The position numbers and the translations under genes are program-made. Source: Lama guanicoe (Eukaryota). Taken from it: a stretch of 64,000 nucleotides of DNA. The notes beneath the pieces were generated by a model. It was given only the letters and a program-made list of their open reading frames with translations, ran no database searches and had not been told where the DNA came from. Shown here one piece after another: positions 45,801 through 58,800 of the stretch (positions are counted from its first letter, which is position 1; each line of letters starts with the position of its first letter). The stretch is taken from the NCBI GenBank assembly GCA_013239625.1, contig MU053482.1, positions 3,681,922 through 3,745,921 on the forward strand. Direction: 5' to 3'.

Positions 45801-48800
45801 CGTGTGCGGCCGTGCTGTGTGCAGCACACTCCTCGTTTATCTCTCCTCCTGCTGCCTCCAGCTTGGAGTGGCAGGGAAGCCATGCGAAGGGGCACTCTTG
45901 GGCCAAGGAGATGCGAGGCGGGAGACCATCATCTTCCTTGGCTGTGAGCAATTAAGTGAAGGACAAGTGCTGGGGCTGGTTTAGCGGGTTTTTAAACCTT
46001 CCTTCAACACCTGCAACCATCTTATTGGTCTACTCTGAACTTTTGGCATTGGAGCCACAAGCATCCCTCTTTTCCTTGGTTCACAGTTCCAGAAGTCAGG
46101 TATCCACCCTTTTGGTCCTCCAAGAAGACCCAGGGGCTCATCCTGCTGGAATCTCATATTGCAAACAGCTGATCTTGTCCCAAACCCCTATTCAAAGCAG
46201 CCTCAAAGCTCTCGATTGTCATATGAGCTGGTAGTGTACGCCCACGGACAGTTGTGCTGGATTCAGTGGCCCCCTGCTCCCTGTTGTGGGGACAACAAAT
46301 GCCTTGCAGTTTTTTGGTCCCAGGGAATGGGGTCTGAGAATGGGGAGAGGGTTAGGCTTTTGGAAAGAGCTGGGACCTTTCAACTATAGTAAAAGGAGGG
46401 GGATCACACACTGGGGCAACTGTGGGCAAGTCAGTAGTTTCAACGGCAGGAAGGCATGGGAGGGAAAGAACTGCTTCTCGAGGAAGTAGAAGCTGAGTCC
46501 CAGGCCACCACAGCTGGTTGTCAGTAAGAGAGGCCTGGTAAATTGTGCATCAGGGCTCGTCCAACCTTAATGGGATTCCGATCCAGTAGATCTGGAGTGA
46601 GACCAGATATTTTGCAATTCTAACAAGCCCCCAGGTGATACTAGTCCAAAGACTACACTGGGAGTAGCGAGATTATATACCGCTACAAATACGCTCTGGC
46701 TGGTAGACACCAACAATGTTTTTTCCATTGAGGGTGAAAAGCCTGGCAAGGCAACTTCACCAGCTGGGGCTGGAGTGTGGAGAGACGTGGAAGTGGGAGG
46801 GAGGAGTCAGAGAAGGCTTAGGTGGGGAAGGAGGAGAAGATGGGAGACGGTTATTTTGAAGAGTGGGGAAGTAAACATACCCCAGGGATGTAGTAACGTC
46901 TGGTGGTGCAAACTTCAAAGGATCCAGGTCCTTGGGAGAAAGGAGGGCAGAAGTGACTAGACAGTGCTGGTGGGAAGTGAGGTGGACACTGGACCACCAA
47001 GGCCATTGGCATGAGAGGAAAGACAGCGGGGGAAGTGATGGCATCAGGGGACAACCAGGTTTCCTTCAGAACAAGGTGGCAGGAATGTCTGGAGAGAGAT
47101 TGAGGATACAGGGACGGGTGCTGGTGAGAGGCTGTGGGACCCAGAGGGTATGGACGAAGGTTTCAAGAGAGCAGGGGTGGGGACTTGGGACAGAGAGATG
47201 CATGGAGAAGTTCATAGTGGGAAGAGTCCAGGGTGGATGGAGACAGTCGGGGGCACCCTCAGGCTTCTGGTGAGCTGAGGAGGGAGTGAGGCACGATGGG
47301 AAGACGGGTGACCGGTTCAGGCTGCATGGAGGGAGCCACTGGCGATAATCTCTCCTGCAGCTCTGGTATTGCACACATCATTCTGCAGCTGGGAGTGGGG
47401 CAAAAGAACTATGGGAGCAACGTCAGTCCTAGAGCAGAGGCTGGGTGCCCTTCTCAGCTCCCCTGTGGCCCTGGAGCAGAAGTGTGTGGATGCGACCTTG
47501 TCTCTCCATGGTACTTTGCTGTTGATGCTGCTTTTGTAAAGCGATGGGACCAAACAATGCAGTGTCCACTTTACACGGGACACTTAGTGTTCACTGCTCA
47601 GCATTTCCAAAGATAAAGCAGCGATTGAACTTTGAGCCCCAAATATCATATATGCCCAAATATATGGTGGTCTGAATTACAACGTGACCTCATTTGCATG
47701 GTAAAGGTTACCTCACCACTGCAAAGGTTTTTGATTAACTTAAGTGTATAAACTTTGGGGATGTAGGTGTAATAGTTCCACGTCTACCAGTAATATTTAT
47801 TAATTTAATTACAAATGCATGCTTAAAATTACGTATTATATAAAGTAAAATGGTAAGAACAAGTGCTTTTCTCCATTCTTGTTTCATAAAATTATTTTAT
47901 TCGAATTCATCACAACATCTTTGACCAGGATCCTGGTCCCGAGCCACTTTCTGAATCATCTAACGTGGTTTTTGAGAGAACGTTTCTTTCCTTTCCATGG
48001 TGTTGTTTGAGATCCAGGTCTGTCTATGTGTGGCTGGAGAGGTCACTGGAGCTATAAGGGTCCATCTGCATTGCATTAGGACATTAGGGCTTCCCTTTTA
48101 TCCAGCAGGTGGGGTGTTTTCCATCTCCACTTAGTGTACGATTTTTAAAGCAATCTTTTTAAAATGGCGTATTTATAACTTTTGCTCAGCCTTTAGGTTA
48201 TGTGATCACATCCCCAGGAATAATGAGGAAATCTGCGTTAAATTTCTTTGTGCTTTTTCAGTTTGGTTTTTTACACCAAGTCCACCAAAGACCCTCCATA
48301 AACATAGTAAACCAACATTGGTTGGACCATTTCAGGCTCATGTGTCATCCTTAAATAATACCTCGTTGTACAAAAAAGTAACTGAGAACCTTGTAACTGT
48401 AATTGGAAACAAATCGTTAAAATGTCAGGCCACTCCTTCTCTCAGGGATGAAAAACTGTGCGGCTGTCCACGGCCTGGATTGCCATGTTCTTTTCTTTTT
48501 TCCACCTTTGGAAATCAGCTCCAATTTTGACTATGTCTAATAGAAAACATATGAGCTTTAGAGTCATTCAAATTCTAAATCCGAGCTCTTCCACTGACAA
48601 ACTATGTGCCTTTGAATGGTGGCTTGATCTCCCTTGGCCCCAGTTTCCTACTGTTTGCACGGGGATAACATCTGCACCCCAGGACTGATCTGAGGATCAG
48701 AGGTGATGACATTTGCTGGGGTCCAGGCACATCATCGGGGCTCTGAAAGGTTAACCATTTTCCCTGTAGATTTTTAAGATTTTTAAGGTTAACCCTTTGC

Positions 48801-48920
48801 TGTGCATATGGCAAATATTTTTCCTTTTGTCTTTTGTTTATTTAGAGCCAAACAGGTTAATAGATAAATCTTGTCAACAATTCCTTTATGGTTTCTGGAT
48901 TTTTTTTTTTTTTTTTTACC

Positions 48921-49101
48921 CAGAGATGGATTTTCCATGAAGTTAAAGAACCTTATACTTCAGGAACTCCACCTGCCTGGGCCTCTTCCCAAAGGCCCTG
49001 TACCCAAATTTGTATTTGTAATTTTATACTCTTTTCCTTAAAAGGAGGGCTCCCTCAAATTGGATACACTTCAGGCCCTGCAAAGTCTGGAACGGCCCCT
49101 G
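48921..49101. mobile_element. MER53 hAT DNA transposon
   Basis: CAGAGATGGATTTTCCATGAAG...AAGGCCCTGTACCCAAATTTGTATTTGTAATTTT...CTTCAGGCCCTGCAAAGTCTGGAACGGCCCCTG. Confidence 0.75.
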
Positions 49102-49442
49102 GTATCCTGCTTAGAAAGGTCACCCTGCCCCCAGATTATTTAAAAAACGAATGTGGTTAACTTTGTATCTTCTCTATGGGATACTTTTTATTTTATGATT
49201 TTTCAGTGCTGAAGTGGATTACTAGCGCGGTCACGTCTTCAGAGTTGGCTTTTCTCAGAACTGAACAGAGCTCCACCACGCACGCACTCACTCATTTGTT
49301 CATTCATCCAAACCCTTCCCTCTCCTTTGGCCCCCAGCTGAGCAGTGAAGCAGCTGCTGGGTTCTGGGAGGGAAGGGGGACAGGAAGGCGCAGACTAGAA
49401 GGCGCATGGTGGTCCTGGCTGGGGGGGTGCAGGAGCGGGAGG

Positions 49443-49853
49443 TGTGTCAGGTTCCTGGGGCTGCTGTAATACAGTGCCACAAACTGGGTGACTTCAAATG
49501 AGATAAATTTATTCTCTCACAGTTCTGGAGGCTACAAGTCCAAAACTGAGACGTCGGCGGGCACCTGAAGGCCCTAGGGGAGCATCTGTTCCATGCCTTT
49601 CTCTTCGCTTCTGGTGTTCCTTGGCTTGTAGAGACATCACTCCAGTCTCTGCCTCTGTCATCACGTTGTGTTCTCCCTGCGCGTCTGTGTGTCTCTTTTA
49701 AGGACAGCATCCTCAGGAATTGCGTCCACCCTAATGACCTCATTTTAACTTGATGGCATCTGTAAAGACCTGATTTCCATATAAGGTCACATTGGCAGGT
49801 ACCTAGAGTTAGGGCTTCAACACATCCTTGAGGGGGACACAACTCAATTACAA
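49443..49853 (-). mobile_element. MaLR solo LTR (MLT1C-like)
   Basis: GGCTGCTGTAATACAGTGCCACAAACTGGGTGACTT...ATTCTCTCACAGTTCTGGAGGCTA...GGGGGACACAACTCAA. Confidence 0.8.
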
Positions 49854-52800
49854 GAGGATTTGGAGGCTGACGGTTCCTCACCTCAGGTTGTACGGCTGGA
49901 CCCTCAGAGGCGACTGCAGCATCGTGGGCTCGCCCAGCTCTGACTGCACACTCCCCGGAAGGAGGGGCGCGCTGCCGCAGGGACAGGCCTCTGCCTTCCT
50001 CTCCTCCTCTCTGGCCCCTCAGCTGCAGCTGTGCAGCGTGGCGGTGAGGGCTGGTTCTCGTGATGCAGTGCAGGGTCCGTCCGAGTCACAACCTCGTGAC
50101 TTCACACTGTCTTAGCTCTTTGAAAGAGCATGTGGAAGGTGCTCCCAACCACTTCCTGAATGAATGAAAGATCTCAGCAAGGTGCTTAACTTCTCTGAAC
50201 CTCAGTTTCCTCGTCAGTAAAATGCAGATGATGGTGAAGTATCTGCCTCAAGGAGGTTGGGAAGATGAAATGCAATGATTAAGCTAATGTACCTAGGCCA
50301 GCCTGGCCTTGGCTAACTCTCAAGAAACGTTAGCTAGCATGATCATAATACTACGCCGTAGCACAGCACTGGGTAGTATTAATAAGTTATTAATATCACT
50401 AATAAATAATAATAGCATTCCTCCAAAGACAGTCTGTTTCACTAAGAATAAAAACCAAAGTCATCACCATGTCCTATTAGCTCTACATGTTGCTCCTGCC
50501 CCCCTCCAGCCTTAGGCCCTACTTTGCTCAGCTGCAATGACCCCTGCATTGACCCTCAGGCCCCCTACCTGCGTTCCCATCTCAGGGCTATTGGCTTTGC
50601 TCCCCTTCTTCCTCCAGACATCAGCATAGTTCACTCCCTCGCTGTATTTAGATCTTTGCTCAGAGGTCACTTCCTCATAAGGTGTTTCCTGAATACCCTG
50701 TTTCAAGTAGCATTCACACCACTCCTTATCTCTTGTTCTTTCTCCTTATATAGCACTTTTTACTACTGACACTACGTGTTTATTCCCTCTCTCTCCAGAT
50801 TGTTTGCTCCGTGAGAAGACTGTCTGATTCACTGTTAAATCCGCAGCACTGGAATAGTGCCTGGCACGTAGCTGGGACTCACTAAATACATATGAGATGA
50901 ATGGGCTGGTAGGGCAATCCCACACCTGCCCATGCTGTTTTTCACTACCTGTCTACCTGGCTAATTGCAATAATTCTAGGAGGTGGACAAACCAAGGATT
51001 ATTTCACAGAAAAAACAAATGAAGCCCAGAGAGGAAAAGTGATTGACCTAATTATTGGGTGAGCTGGGATTCAGATTCCAGTCTGTGACTCTGAATGTCC
51101 TGTGTAGACCTGAGCAGCCCTCAAGAATTCACTGCTTATCCGTCTCATCATCATCATTCACAGTTGAGGCCAAAATTCTCACTGCTTCTTCTTCCATTGA
51201 TAAGCATGTTCAATAGGTCTTGGCCTTTCTTGTGGGACTAGGGCCCGTAAGGGTATCCTCCTGCCAAGGAGGGGGTGGGGGCCTTCTCCTGGGAGCCCAG
51301 CAGACGGCGCTACAGAGACAGAATCCTGATGGGTGGCTTTGCTCTAGCCCATCCTCCTGGACTAACTCCAGATGAGAGAGGCTGGGAGGACAGCCTGTGG
51401 GTCTGGGCAGCCTGTGTGACTTCAGTGTCCTGCTTCTGCTCCTCTTTGCTCTGTGCTCAGGAGTCTCCCTGGCAAGCTCCCTGGCTTTCCTTGGAGGATG
51501 CTCCTTGGAAGACTGTCTCATAATCTATTGAGGTAAGTGGGAAAGAGCGTTGCAATTCCTTGTCCTCCTGTTCCCACTGCACAGCTGATTTCATCGAGCA
51601 GAAGATGAAGGATGTCTGTCCCCTCACTCAGAAGTGTTGCATGGACTCTGTCCAGGTGTAGAGTGGGAGATGGGAGCACTGTGGAGCCAGAAGAAAGGTG
51701 TTGTGTTCCCCACCTGTGCCTGGAAAGCCCTCCCTCGAATGTTTGCTGGGAAAGTGACTCTTCCTTGAAGTCTCAGCTTCTCCAGGATGTTTCCTCCTCT
51801 CAGCTCAGGTATTCCCTTTCTCTCATCTCAATGTGTCCCACAGGATCTGTTCCTGTCCCCCCTGCTGGACAGCGGGGTCCTTGGGGAGAGGAATGGCATC
51901 TTACTCATGCTGTATCCCAGCCCCTAGCGCCAGGCTGGCACAGACAGGGTGCTCACTCGTGCATGCGCAAATAAATAAATTAATGTAATGTGGGGAACTG
52001 GGTGCTTTGTAATTGCATTGGAAGCACTGGGAAATGTAAGACCAGGACAGCTACAAATGAGAAAAAGTCAAGTCCCTTCAACGAGAATTTATTGATAAAT
52101 CCCTATTTTCAGTTTCCATCTAGTGAGCTAGTGCAAATAGGGTATCATTCAGAGCCAGGAGAGGAGGAAATGTTGGTTTGGGGGAAAGTTTAGTGACGGA
52201 CGTGCTGCCTTTGAAGTGCTTGTGGTACACGCAGAGAAAATGTCCAGGGGCTGGTTAGATGTGCAAGTTTAATGTTCTGGGAAGAAATTGGGACTCAAGA
52301 TACAGATGTCATCAGCACAGAGGTGGTCGCTGGAGCTACAGGAGCAACAGCGCTGAGAAGTAACATTCATGAAACTGGCTATAAAAGAGAGCCTTGAAAT
52401 GAGACCAAGAAACCTGAGGAAAACCAACAAAATAGGAAAGAGAGCAGCTGACTGTTGAAAGCTATTGATAGGACAAGGAAGAAGACTGAGAAATGCCCAC
52501 TGGACTTAGCGGGCAACTGGAAGCTCAGGCTGGAAGCAGCTCTCCTCGTAAGAAGTCTTGAGAAAGCTACTGAGAAGCCAGACATTGACAAGGACTACTT
52601 TACTATGTATGAGGCTCTCTGCCCAGGGACTTCCACATATGCCTTATTCAGCTCTCATGGCAATCCTTAAGCCTTAGCCCCACTTTCAAAAGAAATTAAG
52701 AGTCAGAGAAATAAAATACCTTGCCTAAGACCACACTGCTAATAAGTGATAGGAATGAATCCTAGATCTAGCTAGAATATAAACTCGAGTTCTTCCACTC

Positions 52801-55079
52801 ATCCTTCCAAGTCCAGATCTTGCCATGAAGGATAATGTATTAGTTTGTGATTTGGTTCATCAACTCTTGAGTGCTTCCGTGTGCTAGGCACTGTTCTAGG
52901 TGCTGGGGATACAGCAGTTAACAAGTCAAGAATGTCATTCTGGTGGGAGTCAGATACAAACTGCAGCGTGCCACATGCTAACGTGACGTGGAGATACCTA
53001 CAGCAGGAAAGATGCGTTCAGGATTACATTTTAAAATAGGGTAGACAGTGGAGACCTTACTAATAAAAACGATACTTAACCCAAGACTTGAGGGAAAGAG
53101 AGCCAGTCATCCCATTATCCAGAGGAAAGCAGCAACAGAAAATCCCCGTTTGGCATGATCCAGGGAACCTTAAGGAGGCCAGGGCTGGGGGAACAGAATG
53201 GGAAAGGGCCAGCGGCAAGAAATTAGATCAGACAGGGTGTGGGGTAAGGACAGGAAGGAGGGAAGAGTAGATCAGATGTAGGGCTGTGTAGATCAGATTT
53301 AAGTACTTCGACTTTAAAGTCCAGGTGGAAACCATTTGGTAGATTTTGTGCTAAGCGGTTTGTTTTGTTTTAAAGGATGATTCTTCTGGCTGTTGTGTTG
53401 AAGAGACCAAAGAAGAGCAAGGACGAAGCAGGCGGCTTATGTGGTACTTAGGTGAGAAATGACAGCAGCAATTGAAGAGGCAAGTTCTATTGTTTTTAAG
53501 GGAGAATTTGGTAATTTGAAGGGAAATTTGATCATCGGAGATGAGGCTTGACAGCCGGCATTTGCCTTTGGAGACAGGAACACAGAGCAAGGAAGAAAAT
53601 TAAGATGTCCTGAAGTGAAGTCTCAAGGAATGATTTACTGTCAAATGCTGCCTACAGATGATGAAAACCTACTGGATATAGACAGCACTGAAGTTACAGG
53701 TGATACTGAGAAAGGTTTGGTGGAGTTAAGTGCAACCTGTTAGAAAATGAGGAATTGACAAAATATAGTTAACCTGTTTTGCTGTACACGTAAGAAAGCC
53801 AAAACCGGGGAAGATGTGGAATCCTACTTTTAAGACAAGTCACTGCATGTGATCCGAAGCAGTACGACATCCACACAAGGCGCGTGCCAAGTACAGCCAA
53901 ATGTTACTCCATAGTATGGCAGGTTGTAAAATACCCTGGTCAGTGTTTTTGGAACAGGATGGGAGTGTCCATTCTTTTAAAGTTTTCTTGAAGCAGTGGG
54001 GCAGGTGGAGGACGAAGTTTGACTTCTACAATCAGGAATAAACCTCTACACATCAGGCCTAACTCTGGGACTTCCTTTGGCCCGAGTCTCTAGCTGAATT
54101 GGGAGAACTCTGGCTGTAACCCGAAGCCAAGACCCACCTCCCTAACAATAGGCCACTTGCTGGGTTTTAAATCAGTTCCCCTCTTATGGAGGGTTAGGCA
54201 GACGACCAGAAATGCCATTTATTGCTCCTTTATTACTTCTACAGCCTAGTCAAGTCAGCTTCCCAAAATTGTTGTATCTAGTCATATACACAAGCCTCTG
54301 CTGAGCTTTAATAATGAAGTACTTCTGTTAGAACTTCAGTTTAGAGGACTGCCAGAAGACAGGAAGAGCTAGCTGCCGGCTCCAATAGGACATAGGTAGT
54401 GGTTTTACCCTCCTCTGCCCCTTGGAGAATAAGCAGGTAGAACTTGGAAGACGAAGGTTCTATCGGATTTAGCAGTAAGGTGTGTTACTGTCTGCCTAGG
54501 TGTTCCCCAAACCAGGTACAGGTTGCTCTCAGAAGCAAAGACAGCAACCAGAACGCCAGCACTTTCTCAAAAGCCCCTATCTAAGCCACAGCCAGTTAGC
54601 AAAGTCACATTCCTAGGGCTGGTGAGCAAGAGGTTGGGGGCTTCAGCAGATGCTTACGCGGTTTCTGGACACATATTAAACCTCCATGCAGAGCTTCAGC
54701 TGGATTAAGGTGCCAATTTTACTGGGCTACTGTGGGGAGAATTTCCTGGGTGGGGATAGCTACTGAGAATGACAGGATAGCCATGTTTGTCTTGACCATG
54801 AGTGTGCTAAACCTCTCAGTTTCATATATTTCATTACGACGATTAAAAAAATACCACCAAATTTGTTGCTATGCATTTGCAATGTCCCTCATAATTCATG
54901 AGACTTGTGATTCTCAGCACTGCCCTTGAGTACAGGGATTGCAGACTGGTTACTTATAGTAACCTGAGCTAAAGAGGAATAACCACCTTGAATTCTTACC
55001 ATGAAAGAGACCTATCTTGGGAACTTCATCATTTCAAAACAAAAGCTATCAATTCTCATATACTTAAAGTCACACACAA

Positions 55080-55851
55080 CTCTATCAAGTATCACAATGT
55101 TTATTGATAGATACAAGTATATAAAATCAGGGCATGAACATGACTTGATAAATTAAGTAGACTTAATTTCAATACTATAATAAGAGGGACCAATTCAAAT
55201 TCTCACCATTTGTTTCACACCCACAAAAACCTCTTCAAGGGCATTTACAATCTCTCAAAACTGATCAGTTTTGTGCAAGTAAACCATGTTTCTTTTAAAA
55301 GCACTTGTGGCACTTGCGGAGGCTCAAGGATATTAAAATGTAACACATAAAGCCCATTACAAGAGGTAGAAATACAGGCAATATATACTATTACAGCAAC
55401 AACCATCAATTACAGTTAAAAGAGTTTTTCTGTAACAACCAAATGGATAATCAAATATTGCAACAACTCAAGTATTACTGAGCAAAGTGCATTTCTACAG
55501 TATTCAGTGTTGCTATTCAGTTTTCTAACTTAAAACAGCCTATGATAACTGGCAGCAAAGAAGGTCCTTGCAATAGACTGCCTCTGCTTGAGAACTTATG
55601 ATGTAATTATTGCATGCTGCTAATATACTATCTAAACATTAAAGATACTCCTAAAATATTTGATGGTAGACTATGATTAAGACATTACACTACAAAAAAC
55701 CTTATGCAGAAGGAAATCCTAACTGATGTGCTTCTGCTTTAAATATTGTGAAAACATTACAGCGGAATGAATTTTCGCAGTGGTTAGGTCAAATGCAGTT
55801 ACATCATAGCAACAGTATGTTTTGCACAATTTAAGGCTTTGGCTGGTTCTT
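55080..55851 (-). terminator. EIF4G2 3'UTR and polyadenylation signal
   Basis: AT-rich, repeat-free UTR after the TAA stop. AATAAA on the minus strand at 55100-55105, followed downstream by GU-rich TTGTGTGTGACTTT. Confidence 0.75.
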
Positions 55852-58800
55852 TTAGTCAGCTTCTTCCTCTGATTCTTCTTCTTCAGCAGTTTCTAGCCAG
55901 GTTAGCCACTGATTCACCTATAAATTTGTAATTTGACAAAATAACCAGTACTTACAAAAGATATAAAAACTCTTGGCAGAAAATTTTGATTCTGTATCAA
56001 ACGAGCAACCTGCCCGAGGACGAAAGTTTTAGGTAGTATCTATCACACACATTTTATAATTGCAAACAGGCTCCAGAACCTGCATCTGTATAGTAACTAA
56101 GTTATTTTAAAGAATGGCTCATTATTTGGTCTTGTGGTAAAATACAAGCTGTTTCTGGCCAGTTAGCTCAGGTGTCATTCTTTGATACTGCTCCCATTAC
56201 ACTTCGGGACTATTTTTTAATGCAGGACAGTAGCTCATCCCAGACTTAAATTTTATGTTAGTGATGCTGGGGAGGGAGAGAAGTGGGACAAAGAAGATTC
56301 CTAATAAACTAGATTTCCAACCCTACCGCTGAATTATAGGATCAGATTCCCTCAGGACAGGACTAAGGATAAATGCCTGAGAGTGATCCTCGAAGCCAGC
56401 TGTGAACCTTAGGAGTAAAGATACTATAGACTAGTACTTCTCAAAGCCTCACCCCTGGAAAACTAGTATGAGAACCACCTGGGCTGTAGACCACACACAG
56501 ACCTACTCAATCAGAATGAACAGGATCAGGCCTAGAACCTCCTCCTTTCAAACTACTCTCCAGGTGACTTATGTCCACTGTGTAATTTCCCTGGCATACA
56601 AATTCCTCCCTAGGGCTAGAATTCCAGATGGTAAGATAGAAAATCATGGTATAAGAAGTCAGAAGCAATCTCATCTTTACTAACATTTAAAAAAAAAGTT
56701 TAAATCCAATTTTGTACAATCACCCAATCTTCCACCTTACCTACTCCTAGGATTGACGTCTTTTATTTAATACCTTTACCTCATATTTTGCTGTTTTACC
56801 ATAGCTTGTAACAGTGCAGAATAAGCATATACGTACAAATCACCAGGGCTTTTCTGCTTTTATTTCAACTTAAGAAAGCTTATTAAAGTACTACCAAGTA
56901 AAAAAACAAACAAACAAACTAGTACCACGTAACCTGAAAAAGCAGATCAAAATTTTGAAACAAAGATTTACCTGGAACAAAGCCTTGCCTTTCCCCGGAA
57001 ACTCTTGGGTTATATCTTCTTTCCAAGCTAAGAAAGCTTCTTCTTCAATAATTTCCATGTCATAGAAGTGAACAAAAAAGCGGAGTAACATGCCTAAAAG
57101 ACAAAATGAAACTCCATTATTTAGTGTGCTGTTTTTAAGAATCACCCCTGACTTGCGACTCTTCTGCTATTGGTCCTCACCTTTTGGGAAGTTGCTGTTG
57201 TAGCAGTGCACCTGAAGAGCATAGAGGGCACTGACTTGTAGATCAACGTGATCGTGGAGGAATTTCTGCATTACTGGCTTGAAGGAAAGAAGCAGTTGTT
57301 TTTCCTGCTCTAACTGTTCTTTGGAAGGAGCAGAGGAAGAATCTGTTTCATCACTGGGCGGGTTTACTTCACTAGAAATGTACTGTAAGAAGCTGCACAG
57401 AAGGAGATCTTATTAGAACCCCAAACTGAATTTTCTAGTTCAAGAAACAGAAAATTTTTAGTCCTCTGCCTTGTAGACTTTTTCCTAGAAAATAAAACAC
57501 ACGTTAACCCTGTACTGAGATGCAGACAACCATAACTTTATCTTACCTAGTCATTAAGATGTTCACAAATCCTTTATCTACATGAAGTTTGGGAGAGATA
57601 TTATCTTTAATCCATTTATATATGGTTTGAGGGGATGGATCCAACTTTATTTGCTTTAACAGTTCCTTCTCCAATTTGAGGAGTGGGAATAAGAAACTCA
57701 GTCCCTTTCCTTCCAAGATCTCCAACATGCGGTCCTTATTCTGATCAATTTCTGAGGAGACAAAGCCATACCACCATCAGGTAGTTCATTTTACTCAGCT
57801 GGTCTAGGTTAACAGCTGTACAAATACCCCAAACGCACTTCATGTAAAAGAACAGAGAACTAACCTAAGCAAACTCTCAATATTTAAATCAAATGAGAAC
57901 AATTCAAGCACAACAGCCTCTCTTTATAAGGTGAAGCCTACCTGCAGTGATGCTTATTATCCAGACAGGATAATCACACTGACCTGTCTAAATTCACTCA
58001 AGGTACTAAGGAATCTCTAAATTTAGTACTGAAACACAAAATGACACCCCCATTCTCTTACCTGGGAGCATTTTCTGCATATTGACCTTGCTTTGTTGGA
58101 AAAGCTCTGTTAACCATTCTCGATCTTGTAATTTAGCTAATTGCTGAAGACAAAGTAAGAAGAGAGGAAAATGGGTGCCACTTTCCAGTGGTTGAGCTAG
58201 TTCTGAAATGCTCACCAGCTCCGAAATGATAGCACGAGCTGCAAACTGTGCTAAATATGATTTCACTAAGGGGATGTCAACCTCCAGTTTAGGGCACTGG
58301 TCCAATACATTCAGGAAAGCCTAAGAAGGAACATATAATATAGTTAGTTTATTAGTTTTCAAATTTGAAAGGGAAGTTCTAACAGATTAAGGAATGTGTT
58401 CTACCTGCATGAAGTTGTCACTTGTGGCTATCCCTTCCTGTTTGAGTAAACTGATCAAAGAACTTGCTTTTTCTTTATCTTCATCACTTCTATCTAGTGA
58501 TAGGATGATTACTTTGCTTAACATCTCAGGGAGAAAGTGTTTAGGAGCCCTCATCTCTCTAACACCATTGACAGCTTCATTCGCATTTCCACTATTCAGA
58601 TACTCAGTTACAACAGTTTCCTGAAAAGAAAAAAATCCAAACATCTTCAGCATTTTCCTATCTCAAATACACTTTGTAAACTAGACTATGGGATTAGAGA
58701 CTTACAGTTAGTTTAAGCAGTTCTTCCTTTGATGGTGGTGGCTTTTTACTAGTCTTGGCAGGCTTTTCCTGGATAAGTGGTGGATTAGTTTTGAGACCAA

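Noticed and set aside
47600..48450. Unassigned AT-rich segment, possibly an old DNA-transposon interior
   Set aside because: No family, termini or ORF recognisable by eye; needs a Dfam search.
49447..49881. 144-aa minus-strand ORF
   Set aside because: Coincides with an MLT1 LTR; chance open frame.
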